Positions 41,892 to 54,644 of a DNA stretch of 64,000 bases are shown one piece after another. The number at the start of each line of letters is the position of its first letter. Within the stretch, counting starts at the first letter, position 1. The stretch spans positions 221,009 through 285,008 of the forward strand of contig NIVC01002256.1 of the NCBI GenBank assembly GCA_002269645.1. Reading direction: 5' to 3'. Both the position numbers and the translations under genes were made by a program. Source of the stretch: Macrostomum lignano. Taxonomy: Eukaryota. A model generated the notes under the pieces. It ran no database searches. It was not told the origin of the DNA and was given only the letters and a program-made list of their open reading frames with translations.

Positions 41892-44800
41892 ATGTTTTGT
41901 TGCGAGCGAGGTTAAACAAAATATAAACCCAAGCAACTCACTTTTTATAATCATGATTGACGAGAGAATTTTTCATAATTCGTCCCTCAATATTAATTAA
42001 CATCGTCTTTGTTTTTTTCATACGCTATATCTTTGTTTGTTACACTGTTGTGATTCATTTTCAATCTAATAGATGGTAAGACAATAGATAGTTCACAGGC
42101 CACGGAAATTCAGTAAAATATTCAATATTAGTCTACTTATAAAGTACTATATTTAAAGATTGACAAGCTTTCTACAGTCTTCAAATGTCTATATATTTTT
42201 AATTGTTTTATTAATATAAAATTCTAAAGTTTTTAATATAAACGGCGAATATCTTTATGTTGTGCTTGCGTTGCTAAATTTGGCTTTAATTCCGCAAATT
42301 TTCTAATAGTTTAATTTTGTCGTTTTTGCTACGAGTTACGCGCTAAGCTTAATGAAAAAATGCTTTTTTTATTTTGTTACAATTTTCTTAAAGACTTGCA
42401 AAGCAACATGGGTTTTTGCGGGCATGTATAAAATTATCAAAATATTTCTGATGACTGATTTATTTAAAAGTTGGTCAGAACGAAAGAAAACAACCGACGT
42501 TGCTATGCAAATAGATTTTCTTATGTCTCGAATAATAACTTTTATTTTCTGCAACATTGCGCCAGACTGTTATCCTCCACGCAATTCACTATCGTGATAA
42601 ACTAATCTGTAATATTTTATTTACAATAAGTGTATACGTAGTGTGAATTATAAAATAAACTAATCCATATTATTAATCGCCCAGCCAACTTATTGGAATG
42701 AAAAATATTAATAATTTTAGTCCATCCGCTATACGGGTGCAATTGCTATATTTAAATAACTTTTGGCCCGAGAAGCGGAGTAAGTGGCGTTAATTCAAAA
42801 ATTCTTAGGATATGACTTGGTTTATTAATTTTCCAAACCACTGCCGTGTTTGTTTACAGTTTAGATACAAATGTGGTACATGTCCAGTGTAAACGTGCAG
42901 GCACCTGTATTTTTATCTTTGATATTTAAATTACGAATTTTCTATTAATGATCGGTAAACAATTTGCTGTAGCCTGCAGCTGCGAATGCGATTGATTTCG
43001 AATTGGAAGCTTTGGATAGTATCTAGGATTAAGGAATAAAAGTAAAACAGGCGCAATAATATAGTAATAGTATTATAATATATTATTTTACTTTAATGCT
43101 ACGCTGAAGTACAATATACGGATGCACCTGCTTTCTATATTCTGAATGATTAACTTAGTTTCGTATTTTTGTGCATATTTGGCCTAAAGCTCGCTGTTTA
43201 TTCAAATATATTAATATATATTATTCACATGCATTGGAAATTCCAGCAATTATGCAAGACGTTGAGTTATTATACTAATAAAATCTTCGTTCAAACTAGT
43301 ACCACATGACTTTGGTGGAGAGTAGTAAGGGAGCGGAGATGGTGAGGTAGGGCCTTTTCATATTGCTTGTTATGGTTCCAGAACCAGAACAAATTTGTGA
43401 AGCATAACTTTTTGTCTCCATAACTAGAGGGAGATACGTGCTATAAAGTTTTTATTATTGAATGACAATCGCCTAGAAGAAAGTGAAAAATTGTGCTAAG
43501 TGAGGTTGTTAAGGCAGTCAAAAATTCAACAGAATTAAATATTTGCTGTTTTTCTTGGAAGATCCGAACCGATTCTGATTCTGGAATTGGTAATATGAAA
43601 AGCCTCGTAGTTGGTGGAGAGTGTGGGAGCGGATAGCGGAGGTGGTGAAAATGAAGACGGCTGAAAGTTATAACAAACTAATATGTAAACCCGTTTGCTT
43701 ACGTTTAAATGCTAAACCTTATTTAAGAAAGCACATAGGAAAGTTTTTAGAAAAACCACCTTAATTGTTTACAAAAGCATTTTTATAAATATTCGTACTG
43801 CTATTTTGTTAGAAAACAGACCTGTGTGTAGTAAGGTTAGTGCATCGGCACTAGTGTGGTCTCTTGTAGCCTTACTTGCTAAATGAATGGAGATAGTGTG
43901 CATAAACGTACAGCTAAACCTATATTTTAAAACAACAATCGGTTTATAAGCCGTTTTTATACAGCATACTGATTCAGTCATTTAGGACTGACTTAGGTAG
44001 GAACTAGAACTAGGTCTAGCGTCTAGGCCTAGCCTAACCATTGACGACTGACGTTGTTGTTCAATTTTGAAAATACAAATGCCTGATTTTTCGTGTAGGC
44101 CCCCCGATTCCACAGCACAATGCACAGTTTTTTAATAAGTCTTTTTACCAAGGAGATTTTATAGACCTAAGCTTAGTTTTCATTATCTCAAAAGAAATCC
44201 AAATATAATAGCCATACTGCCATAGGCCTATTGTGAAAAAGGTATTCTTTATCTTTAATTTATATTGCTTTTTGTTTTATAAGCCTAAAAGGGCCTAACT
44301 GTTGACATTGTACATAATAATTTTATAGAAATAGAACACAGGTTTATTAACACTAGCAATAGCATTTTTATCAAGAAAAACTTGATTTTTTAAAATGTTA
44401 GACTAGGCCTAAAACTAAATTTGTTGCAAAACTTTGAAATTTTGATTTAATAATCTAGGCCTAACATTTGCATGCCATTTGCATGCATATTCTATTGGCA
44501 GACTGCTAGCAGAGGAAACAACTTTTCAAAAAGAAAAAGTTAAATGAAGCTACGAAACTTATTTAGGTCTACCTTATTTTTTATAATGAGATTCTGCAAG
44601 TCAACTAAGATTTAGGCTTATTATAAGATTCTTTTTGTATTTGTAACTTTTTTATTGCAATTTTTAAAAGTTATATAATATTAAATTAAAAAATCTGTTA
44701 AAAAGAATTGGGACATGTTGTTAGTGAATCAAAGGCAGAGTTCACAATTAGGGCCTAGGCCTAGCTCAACTAAGTGTTGCACTCATATCATATGTTTTTT

Positions 44801-45564
44801 GATATAGGAAATATGTTTTATATATCTATTTTTTCTATCTAAAAGCTGTCAAATCTATTAAGTACCTGTAACTATAGACAATAATAACAAAGCCCTAATA
44901 ATAACTAAATAAAAACTAAAAATCCCAAACCTTGACAATTGTGATATTTAAATTAATTTAAAAAAAATATTTTTTTGTTTGCAACAAATCTAAATCTATG
45001 GTAGAATTCTAATGTAATATTTACACTAATATTTGTATTACAATACATTTGTATTACATTACAATTATATTTATAATGTAACCTCCAGGTCTAGCTAAGG
45101 TGGGTAGTATGCACCACGCTATCTTTTTGCACTTCCCTAGGCCCCTCAATCTTGTGCTGTTTGTAAATATAAATATATGTGCCAAGCAGTGCAAAATATT
45201 TGTTGCCATTCTATCTATTAAACTAAAAAGGCTTTCTGCCTCAATATTATATATCAAAGAGCCCTTGAATATTAAGCTATAATTGATATATATAATTTCC
45301 ATTTTTACACAATCTTACACAATGATATAAGAATGTTGCACTAACCATACATGTGCAAAACCTGGCTGACCCAGCCAATTTGGCCAGGTGACAGGGTGAC
45401 CAAGGCAGATTTGTTTCAAAACTAGTCTTAAAAGCAAATCTATTTATCAATTGGACATTTTGTTATGTAGTCATTAAGCTAAGTATGATAAAATAGATTC
45501 ATAAAACTAATAAGTCAAGCTGTGTCATTTTAAAGACTTGGACACAGGAATATAAAATAAAGAT

Positions 45565-45755
45565 AAAATCCTAATTTTCTAAATGAAGCTTTCTGAATAT
45601 CAATAGAGCTATAAAAAGGTTAAGCACATCAAAAGATAAATATTGGGTCTGTCTCCTATCAAAAGCAAAAACAATTTTTGTGTGTAATCTCTGTAAGCAT
45701 TTTTTGCAAAACTTGCTTTCTTAAATTTTCCAAGAATCATAAGTTTCCTGTCCTT
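45565..45755. mobile_element. Degenerate partial copy (right half) of the 25970-26591 MITE
   Basis: ATCCTAATTTT..GAAGCTTT.TGAATATCAATAGAGCTATAA..CATCAAAAGAT..TGTCTCCTATCA..AATTTTCCAAGAA is shared with 26368-26560. Confidence 0.75.
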
Positions 45756-45943
45756 TAGCAAAGCTATGCTTTCTAAATATGACTATTATTTTAAAATATA
45801 ATGCCTGTTTGTATTTTATTAATAACTCAATCAATCCACTTCAGTGTCTTTGCCCTGCTGAAGTTGAATCTCAAATTCAGTCTGCTAGATTTGACCAGCA
45901 GAACAGGGGCTGCGAAACAAATCTTTTTATTTTTAAGACACTC

Positions 45944-48900
45944 ATGTCTGCTCAAAGTACTCAGCAGCATCAGCATCAGCTAGAGAGGCACGACTCCAAT
46001 CCGGTGTGGGCCGAGTACCTCGATCCTCCGCTGCAGTACACCGCCATTGCCTCCTATACTGGCGCCGATGATGACGAACTCAGCTTCACGGCTGGCGCTA
46101 GGATTCTTGTTGTATCTCGCGATCCTCGAGACAGTCGGGACGAGGGCTGGTTTGTAGCCATTGCGCCGGCTTCTCCTAGCCAGGGAGGTGCAAGCGCTGG
46201 AGAATATTCCAGGCCAGAATCTCAGCGTACCGTGCTCAAATTGTTGCCAGGAAATTTTGTTCGACCGTCTGCTGAGATTGCCAGCGCCTGTCAGCAGGAG
46301 GTGCAGGCAGTTGGAAGGTGAATATTGCTTCTGGGTTATTCTGTATCCAGCATTGATGATATATTGAGATTGTGTTTGATCTGTGCCGTTCTATGATAAA
46401 TCTATTTGATGTGTGCCGCTGTGTAATATAATCTGTTTGATCTGTGCCGCTGTGTAATATAATCTGTTTGATCTGTGCCGCTGTGTAATTAAATCTGTTT
46501 GATCTGTGCCGCTGTGTAATATAATCTGTTTGATCTGTGCCGCTGTGTAATTAAATCTGTTTGATCTGCGCCGCTGTGTAATATAATCTGTTTGATCTGT
46601 GCCGCTGTGTAATAAAATCTGTTTGATCTGTGCCGCTGTGTAATTAAATCTGTTTGATCTGCGCCGCTGTGTAATATAATCTGTTTGATCTGTGCCGCTG
46701 TGTAATATAATCTGTTTGAACTGTGCCGCTGTGTAATATAATCTGTTTGATCTGCGCCGCTGTGTAATTAAATCTGTTTGATCTGTGCCGCTGTGTAGTT
46801 AAATCTGTTTGATCTGTGCTGCTGTGTAATTAAATCTGTTTGATCTGTGCCGCTGTGTAATATAATCTGTTTGATCTGTGCCGCTGTGTAATATAATCTG
46901 TTTGATCTGTGCCGCTGTGTAATATAATCTGTTTGAACTGTGCCGCTGTGTAATATAATCTGTTTGATCTGCGCCGCTGTGTAATATAATCTGTTTGATG
47001 TGCCGCTGTGTAATATAATCTGTTTGATCTGTGCCGCTGTGTAATATAATCTGTTTGATCTGTGCCGCTGTGTAATATACTCTGTTTGATCTGTGCCACT
47101 GTAATATAATCTGTTTGATCTGTGCCGCTGTGTAAAATAATCTGTTTGATCTGATTTTCCCAGTTTAAAAAAAAAACAAAGCACTTCAATAGACACCTGC
47201 ATCTTTCATCCACCCCACAGCGTTCCCCAGCATCAGCAAGATCCTCATGGGCATCATCAGCATGAGCATGAGCAGCAGCAGTCGCCACCCACGGTCTCAT
47301 CCGATGAGATCGCATACGACTGTCTCCTCGGATCTGGTGGCTTCGCCGAAGTCCACCGAGCCACCTGGCGCGGCCAGCCAGTCGCAGTGAAACTGTTCGG
47401 CAGCGGCTTCTGCCCCGACCAGGTGCGCCGGGAGGCCGAGCTTATCTGGCTGTGCCGCCACCCGAACATTGTCCGAGTTCTGGCCATTGTGGCCGAGCCG
47501 CCACCCGCTCTGCTGTTGCAATTTGCCGCTGGCGGAGCTCTTAATAATTTTTTACGCGGCCGGCGACTTCCACCGGACGTGATTGTGAACTGGGCCGGAC
47601 AGGTGGCCGAGGCCATGCGATTCCTGCACGAGGGCGCACCTGTGACCGTCTTCCACCGGGACCTGAAGTCTAGCAACAGTGAGTGGCTCTGCGTACCTGG
47701 GTAGGAGATTGGGCTTGGATACGTAAATTGGTAGACATTACAGGTAGATAGGTAGACACTACAGGTAGATAGACACTACAGGTAGATAGACACTACAGGT
47801 AGATAGACACTACAGGTAGATAGGTAGACACTACAGGTAGATAGGTAGACACTGCAGGTAGATAGGTAGACACTACAGGTAGATAGACACTACAGGTAGA
47901 TAGGTAGACACTACAGGTAGATAGGTAGACACTACAGGTAGATAGGTAGACACTACAGGTAGATGGACACTACAGGTAGATAGGTAGACACTGCAGGTCG
48001 ATAGGTAGACACTATAGTTGGATGGGTAGACACTACAGGTAGATAGACACTACAGGTAGGTAGGTAGACACTGCGGGTAGAAAGGTAGACACTATAGTTA
48101 GATAGGTAGACACTATAGTAGATAGGTAGAAGACACTATCTGCAGATAGGTAGACACTATAGTTAGATAGGTAGACACTATAGTTAGATAGGTAGACACT
48201 ATGCAGATAGGTAGACACTATAGTTAGATAGGTAGACACTATAGTTAGATAGGTAGACACTATAGTTAGATAGGTAGACACTAAAGTTAGATAGGTAGAC
48301 ACTATGCAGATAGGTAGACACTATAGTTAGATAGGTAGACACTATAGTTAGATAGGTAGACACTATAGTTAGATAGGTAGACACTATAGTTAGATAGGTA
48401 GACACTATAGTTAGATAGGTAGACACTATAGTTAGATAGGTAGACACTAAAGTTAGATAGGTAGACACTATAGTTAGATAGGTAGACACTAAAGTTAGAT
48501 AGGTAGACACTATGCAGATAGGTAGACACTATAGTTAGATAGGTAGACACTATAGTTAGATAGGTAGACACTATAGTTAGATAGGTAGACACTATAGTTA
48601 GATAGGTAGACACTATAGTTAGATAGGTAGACACTATAGTTAGATAGGTAGACACTAAAGTTAGATAGGTAGACACTATAGTTAGATAGGTAGACACTAA
48701 AGTTAGATAGGTAGACACTATGCAGATAGGTAGACACTATAGTTAGATAGGTAGACACTATGCAGATAGGTAGACACTATAGTTAGATAGGTAGACACTA
48801 TGCAGATAGGTAGACACTATAGTTAGATAGGTAGACACTATAGTTAGATAGGTAGACACTATAGTTAGATAGGTAGACACTAAAGTTAGATAGGTAGACA

Positions 48901-51900
48901 CTATGCAGATAGGTAGACACTATAGTTAGATAGGTAGACACTATAGTTAGATAGGTAGACACTATAGTTAGATAGGTAGACACTATAGTTAGATAGGTAG
49001 ACACTATAGTTAGATAGGTAGACACTATAGTTAGATAGGTAGACACTAAAGTTAGATAGGTAGACACTATAGTTAGATAGGTAGACACTAAAGTTAGATA
49101 GGTAGACACTATGCAGATAGGTAGACACTATAGTTAGATAGGTAGACACTATAGTTAGATAGGTAGACACTATAGTTAGATAGGTAGACACTATAGTTAG
49201 ATAGGTAGACACTATAGTTAGATAGGTAGACACTATAGTTAGATAGGTAGACACTATAGTTAGATAGGTAGACACTATAGTTAGATAGGTAGACACTATA
49301 GTTGATGGTAGACACTATGCAGATAGGTAGACACTATGCAGATAGGTAGACACTATAGTTAGATAGGTAGACACTATAGTTAGATAGGTAGACACTATAG
49401 TTAGATAGTTAGACACTATAGTTGGATGGTAGACACTATGCAGATAGGTAGACACTATGCAGATAGGTAGACACTATGCAGATAGGTAGACACTATAGTT
49501 AGATAGGTAGACACTATAGTTGATGGTAGACACTATGCAGATAGGTAGACACTATGCAGATAGGTAGACACTAAAGTTAGATAGGTAGACACTATGCAGA
49601 TAGGTAGACACTATGCAGATAGGTAGACACTATAGTTAGATAGGTAGACACTATGCAGATAGGTAGACACTATAGTTAGATAGGTAGACACTATGCAGAT
49701 AGGTAGACACTATAGTTAGATAGGTAGACACTATAGTTAGATAGGTAGACACTATAGTTGGATAGGTAGACACTATAGTTAGATAGGTAGACACTATAGT
49801 TAGATAGGTAGACACTATAGTTAGATAGGTAGACACTATGCAGATAGGTAGACACTATAGTTAGATAGGTAGACACTAAAGTTAGATAGGTAGACACTAT
49901 GCAGATAGGTAGACACTATGCAGATAGGTAGACACTATAGTTAGATAGGTAGACACTATGCAGATAGGTAGACACTATAGTTAGATAGGTAGACACTATG
50001 CAGATAGGTAGACACTATAGTTAGATAGGTAGACACTATAGTTAGATAGGTAGACACTATAGTTAGATAGGTAGACACTATAGTTAGATAGGTAGACACT
50101 ATAGTTAGATAGGTAGACACTATGCAGATAGGTAGACACTATAGTTAGATAGGTAGACACTAAAGTTAGATAGGTAGACACTAAAGTTAGATAGGTAGAC
50201 ACTATGCAGATAGGTAGACACTATAGTTAGATAGGTAGACACTATAGTTAGATAGATAGACACTATAGTTAGATAGGTAGACACTATAGTTAGATAGGTA
50301 GACACTATAGTTAGATAGGTAGACACTATAGTTAGATAGGTAGACACTATAGTTAGATAGGTAGACACTATAGTTAGATAGGTAGACACTAAAGTTAGAT
50401 AGGTAGACACTATAGTTAGATAGGTAGACACTAAAGTTAGATAGGTAGACACTATGCAGATAGGTAGACACTATAGTTAGATAGGTAGACACTATGCAGA
50501 TAGGTAGACACTATAGTTAGATAGGTAGACACTATGCAGATAGGTAGACACTATAGTTAGATAGGTAGACACTATAGTTAGATAGGTAGACACTATAGTT
50601 AGATAGGTAGACACTATATTAGATAGGTAGACACTATAGTTAGATAGGTAGACACTAAAGTTAGATAGGTAGACACTATAGTTAGATAGGTAGACACTAA
50701 AGTTAGATAGGTAGACACTATGCAGATAGGTAGACACTATAGTTAGATAGGTAGACACTAATGTTAGATAGGTAGACACTATAGTTAGATAGGTAGACAC
50801 TATAGTTAGATAGGTAGACACTATAGTTAGATAGGTAGACACTATAGTTAGATAGGTAGACACTATAGTTAGATAGGTAGACACTATAGTTAGATAGGTA
50901 GACACTATAGTTGGATGGGTAGACACTATGCAGATAGGTAGACACTATGCATATAGGTAGACACTATAGTTAGATAGGTAGACACTATAGTTAGATAGGT
51001 AGACACTATAGTTAGATAGTTAGACACTATAGTTGGATGGGTAGACACTATGCAGATAGGTAGACACTATGCAGATAGGTAGACACTATGCAGATGGGTA
51101 GACACTATAGTTAGATAGGTAGACACTATAGTTGGATGGGTAGACACTATGCAGATAGGTAGACACTATGCAGATAGGTAGACACTAAAGTTAGATAGGT
51201 AGACACTATGCAGATAGGTAGACACTATGCAGATAGGTAGACACTATAGTTAGATAGGTAGACACTATGCAGATAGGTAGACACTATAGTTAGATAGGTA
51301 GACACTATGCAGATAGGTAGACACTATAGTTAGATAGGTAGACACTATGCAGATAGGTAGACACTATAGTTAGATAGGTAGACACTATAGTTAGATAGGT
51401 AGACACTATAGTTAGATAGGTAGACACTATAGTTAGATAGGTAGACACTATAGTTAGATAGGTAGACACTATGCAGATAGGTAGACACTATAGTTAGATA
51501 GGTAGACACTATAGTTAGATAGGTAGACACTATAGTTAGATAGGTAGACACTATAGTTAGATAGGTAGACACTATAGTTAGATAGGTAGACACTATAGTT
51601 AGATAGGTAGACACTATGCAGATAGGTAGACACTATAGTTAGATAGGTAGACACTAAAGTTAGATAGGTAGACACTATAGTTAGATAGGTAGACACTATG
51701 CAGATAGGTAGACACTATAGTTAGATAGGTAGACACTATAGTTAGATAGGTAGACACTATAGTTAGATAGGTAGACACTATGCAGATAGGTAGACACTAT
51801 AGTTAGATAGGTAGACACTATAGTTAGATAGGTAGACACTATAGTTAGATAGGTAGACACTATAGTTAGATAGGTAGACACTATAGTTAGATAGGTAGAC

Positions 51901-53023
51901 ACTATAGTTAGATAGGTAGACACTATAGTTAGATAGGTAGACACTATAGTTAGATAGGTAGACACTATGCAGATAGGTAGACACTATAGTTAGATAGGTA
52001 GACACTAAAGTTAGATAGGTAGACACTATAGTTAGATAGGTAGACACTATGCAGATAGGTAGACACTATAGTTAGATAGGTAGACACTATAGTTAGATAG
52101 GTAGACACTATAGTTAGATAGGTAGACACTATGCAGATAGGTAGACACTATAGTTAGATAGGTAGACACTATGCAGATAGGTAGACACTATGCAGATAGG
52201 TAGACACTATAGTTAGATAGGTAGACACTAAAGTTAGATAGGTAGACACTATAGTTAGATAGGTAGACACTATAGTTAGATAGGTAGACACTATAGTTAG
52301 ATAGGTAGACACTATGCAGATAGGTAGACACTATAGTTAGATAGGTAGACACTATGCAGATAGGTAGACACTATGCAGATAGGTAGACACTATAGTTAGA
52401 TAGGTAGACACTAAAGTTAGATAGGTAGACACTATAGTTAGATAGGTAGACACTATAGTTAGATAGGTAGACACTATAGTTAGATAGGTAGACACTATGC
52501 AGATAGTCAGACACTATGCAGATAGGTAGACACTATGCAGATAGGTAGACACTATGCAGATAGGTAGACACTATGCAGATAGGTAGACACTATAGTTAGA
52601 TAGGTAGACACTATAGTTAGATAGGTAGACACTATAGTTAGATAGGTAGACACTATAGTTAGATATGTAGACACTATAGTTAGATAGGTAGACACTATAG
52701 TTAGATAGGTAGACACTATAGTTAGATAGGTAGACACTATAGTTAGATAGGTAGACACTATGCATATGGGGCACACTGGTATGGGTCAGACTGGGGCAGT
52801 CAATTGAGCCATACTGTACATAGTGAACAGTAGATAGAAATGCTGACTGGCTGACAGGCTGTGGCACTGAAAGCCGTTCTGTTCCCGGCATATCCCGGTC
52901 GTTGCGGATGAATCGAAGAATGAACTGATGAATATTTTAATATCTGAATAAATGCAATTATTGTTATATGAATCGATTGGCTGCTATGAATAATTTAATT
53001 GAATAATAAATAATGCCGTTAAC

Positions 53024-53081
<58 letters not shown>

Positions 53082-54610
53082 TAGAGAGAGAGAAATCGAA
53101 TTTAGCTTGACTGCCTGCCTGACTGAGCACTTTTAGTTTGATATATATATATATATATATCAAAGCATTCTTAATGGTACAGGCAGGCAGTTCAGAGTTG
53201 TTGACTGTCGAATTGCTAGGGAAGAATCCCCGAGCACTGATGATAGACAGGCCAAGACGAATAATTTAGTTTGATGCAACTTCAGCGAGGAGTCTTCGAT
53301 TTCTCAGTCCCAACACACAGAATCGAGGGCAATTGCTTAGATTAATTTAGCGACACTATTCTAGATTGCGAGACTAATGTACCAATGTGTACTTTAGTAT
53401 GAGCATCCTGATTATTTTTGATAAATCAGCTACTATTTAAAATACCATAGTACTATTGACCATTTAAGTAGTATACGTTGATTTTTTATTTAATATACAC
53501 TTATTGCTGATTATTTATTTAGTTAGTCCCACATTATAATGTTTTAAAAGACTGACTAGAATCAGGTTAAGCTAGATTGTCACGGTTAGTACGCCACAAT
53601 CACAAGCATTATTATGCTTAGACACTACTACCGCATCGACTTTATTAGCTCTTAGTAGTATGATGGTAGGTAATTATTATAAATAAATGCGACCGAAGAT
53701 TTTAGTTAAAAATTTTCTTGGAAATAGCTAAACTAAGGCAATAGCTTTTTGAGGCGTGAAATCGATGGTTATCGTTTCTTTAATATTCAAATAATACTAC
53801 TGACAAACGTTTTTTCTATAAGTAGTATACGGTAAAAAACAATTTTAAAGTAGAAAATACACTATTTTAATTCATTTTCTGTTTTCTTTCTCAACACCCA
53901 GTCCTGCTAAAACACGCAATGCCGCCGCCTCAAGCCGATGCCGAATCAATCGACGACCTGGCTGAGCATGAGCGCCAGCGCGACTGGCTGCTCAATCGTC
54001 AGGTATTATTAATCTCAGATTTCGGCCTGGCCAAACAGTGCTGCATAACTCTGCCCGATGTTGAACCCGCTACTGCTGCCAACGATGATTCTGCGACCTC
54101 CTCGGCCGTAGCCGCTGCCGCCGCTGCGGCTGCTGACCAAACCGGCGGCCCAGGCGGTGTCGGGACTCACGCCTACATGAGTCCGGAGCAGCTGCGCGGC
54201 CAGTGCCCCTACACCTGGCACGCCGATGTCTGGTCCTACGGCGTCGTGCTCTGGAACTGCTGACCGGGGAGGTGCCTTACGCCAACCTGCTGCCCTACCA
54301 GATCATGTACAATGTAGCCAGGGGCCTGTTCCGGCTGCCCATTCCCGACGGCTGTCCCGTTGGGTTCCGTCGCCTGCTCGAGGACTGCTGGTCCGAGGCG
54401 CCGGAAGGTCGGCCAGCGTTTGCCGAGGTGCTGCACAGATTGAAGGACATCGCCAGTGTCGGCTTTGACGACTTCGATGAACTGCAGGTGAGGAGAGAAA
54501 GAGAAAGAGAGAGAAGAGAAGTCACGGCGTTTTTAAAAAATAATTAATTAAATCTGGGCTACCGGTTTCGAGCCTCTGGCCTCTTCGTCAGGCCAGAGAG
54601 AGAGAGAGAG

Positions 54611-54644
<34 letters not shown>

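Noticed and set aside
54255-54266. TGC TGA C as an antizyme-style programmed +1 frameshift in the MLK
   Set aside because: The required shift is -1 and must occur before the conserved Glu of WELLTG. There is no slippery heptamer, so a missing G explains it better.
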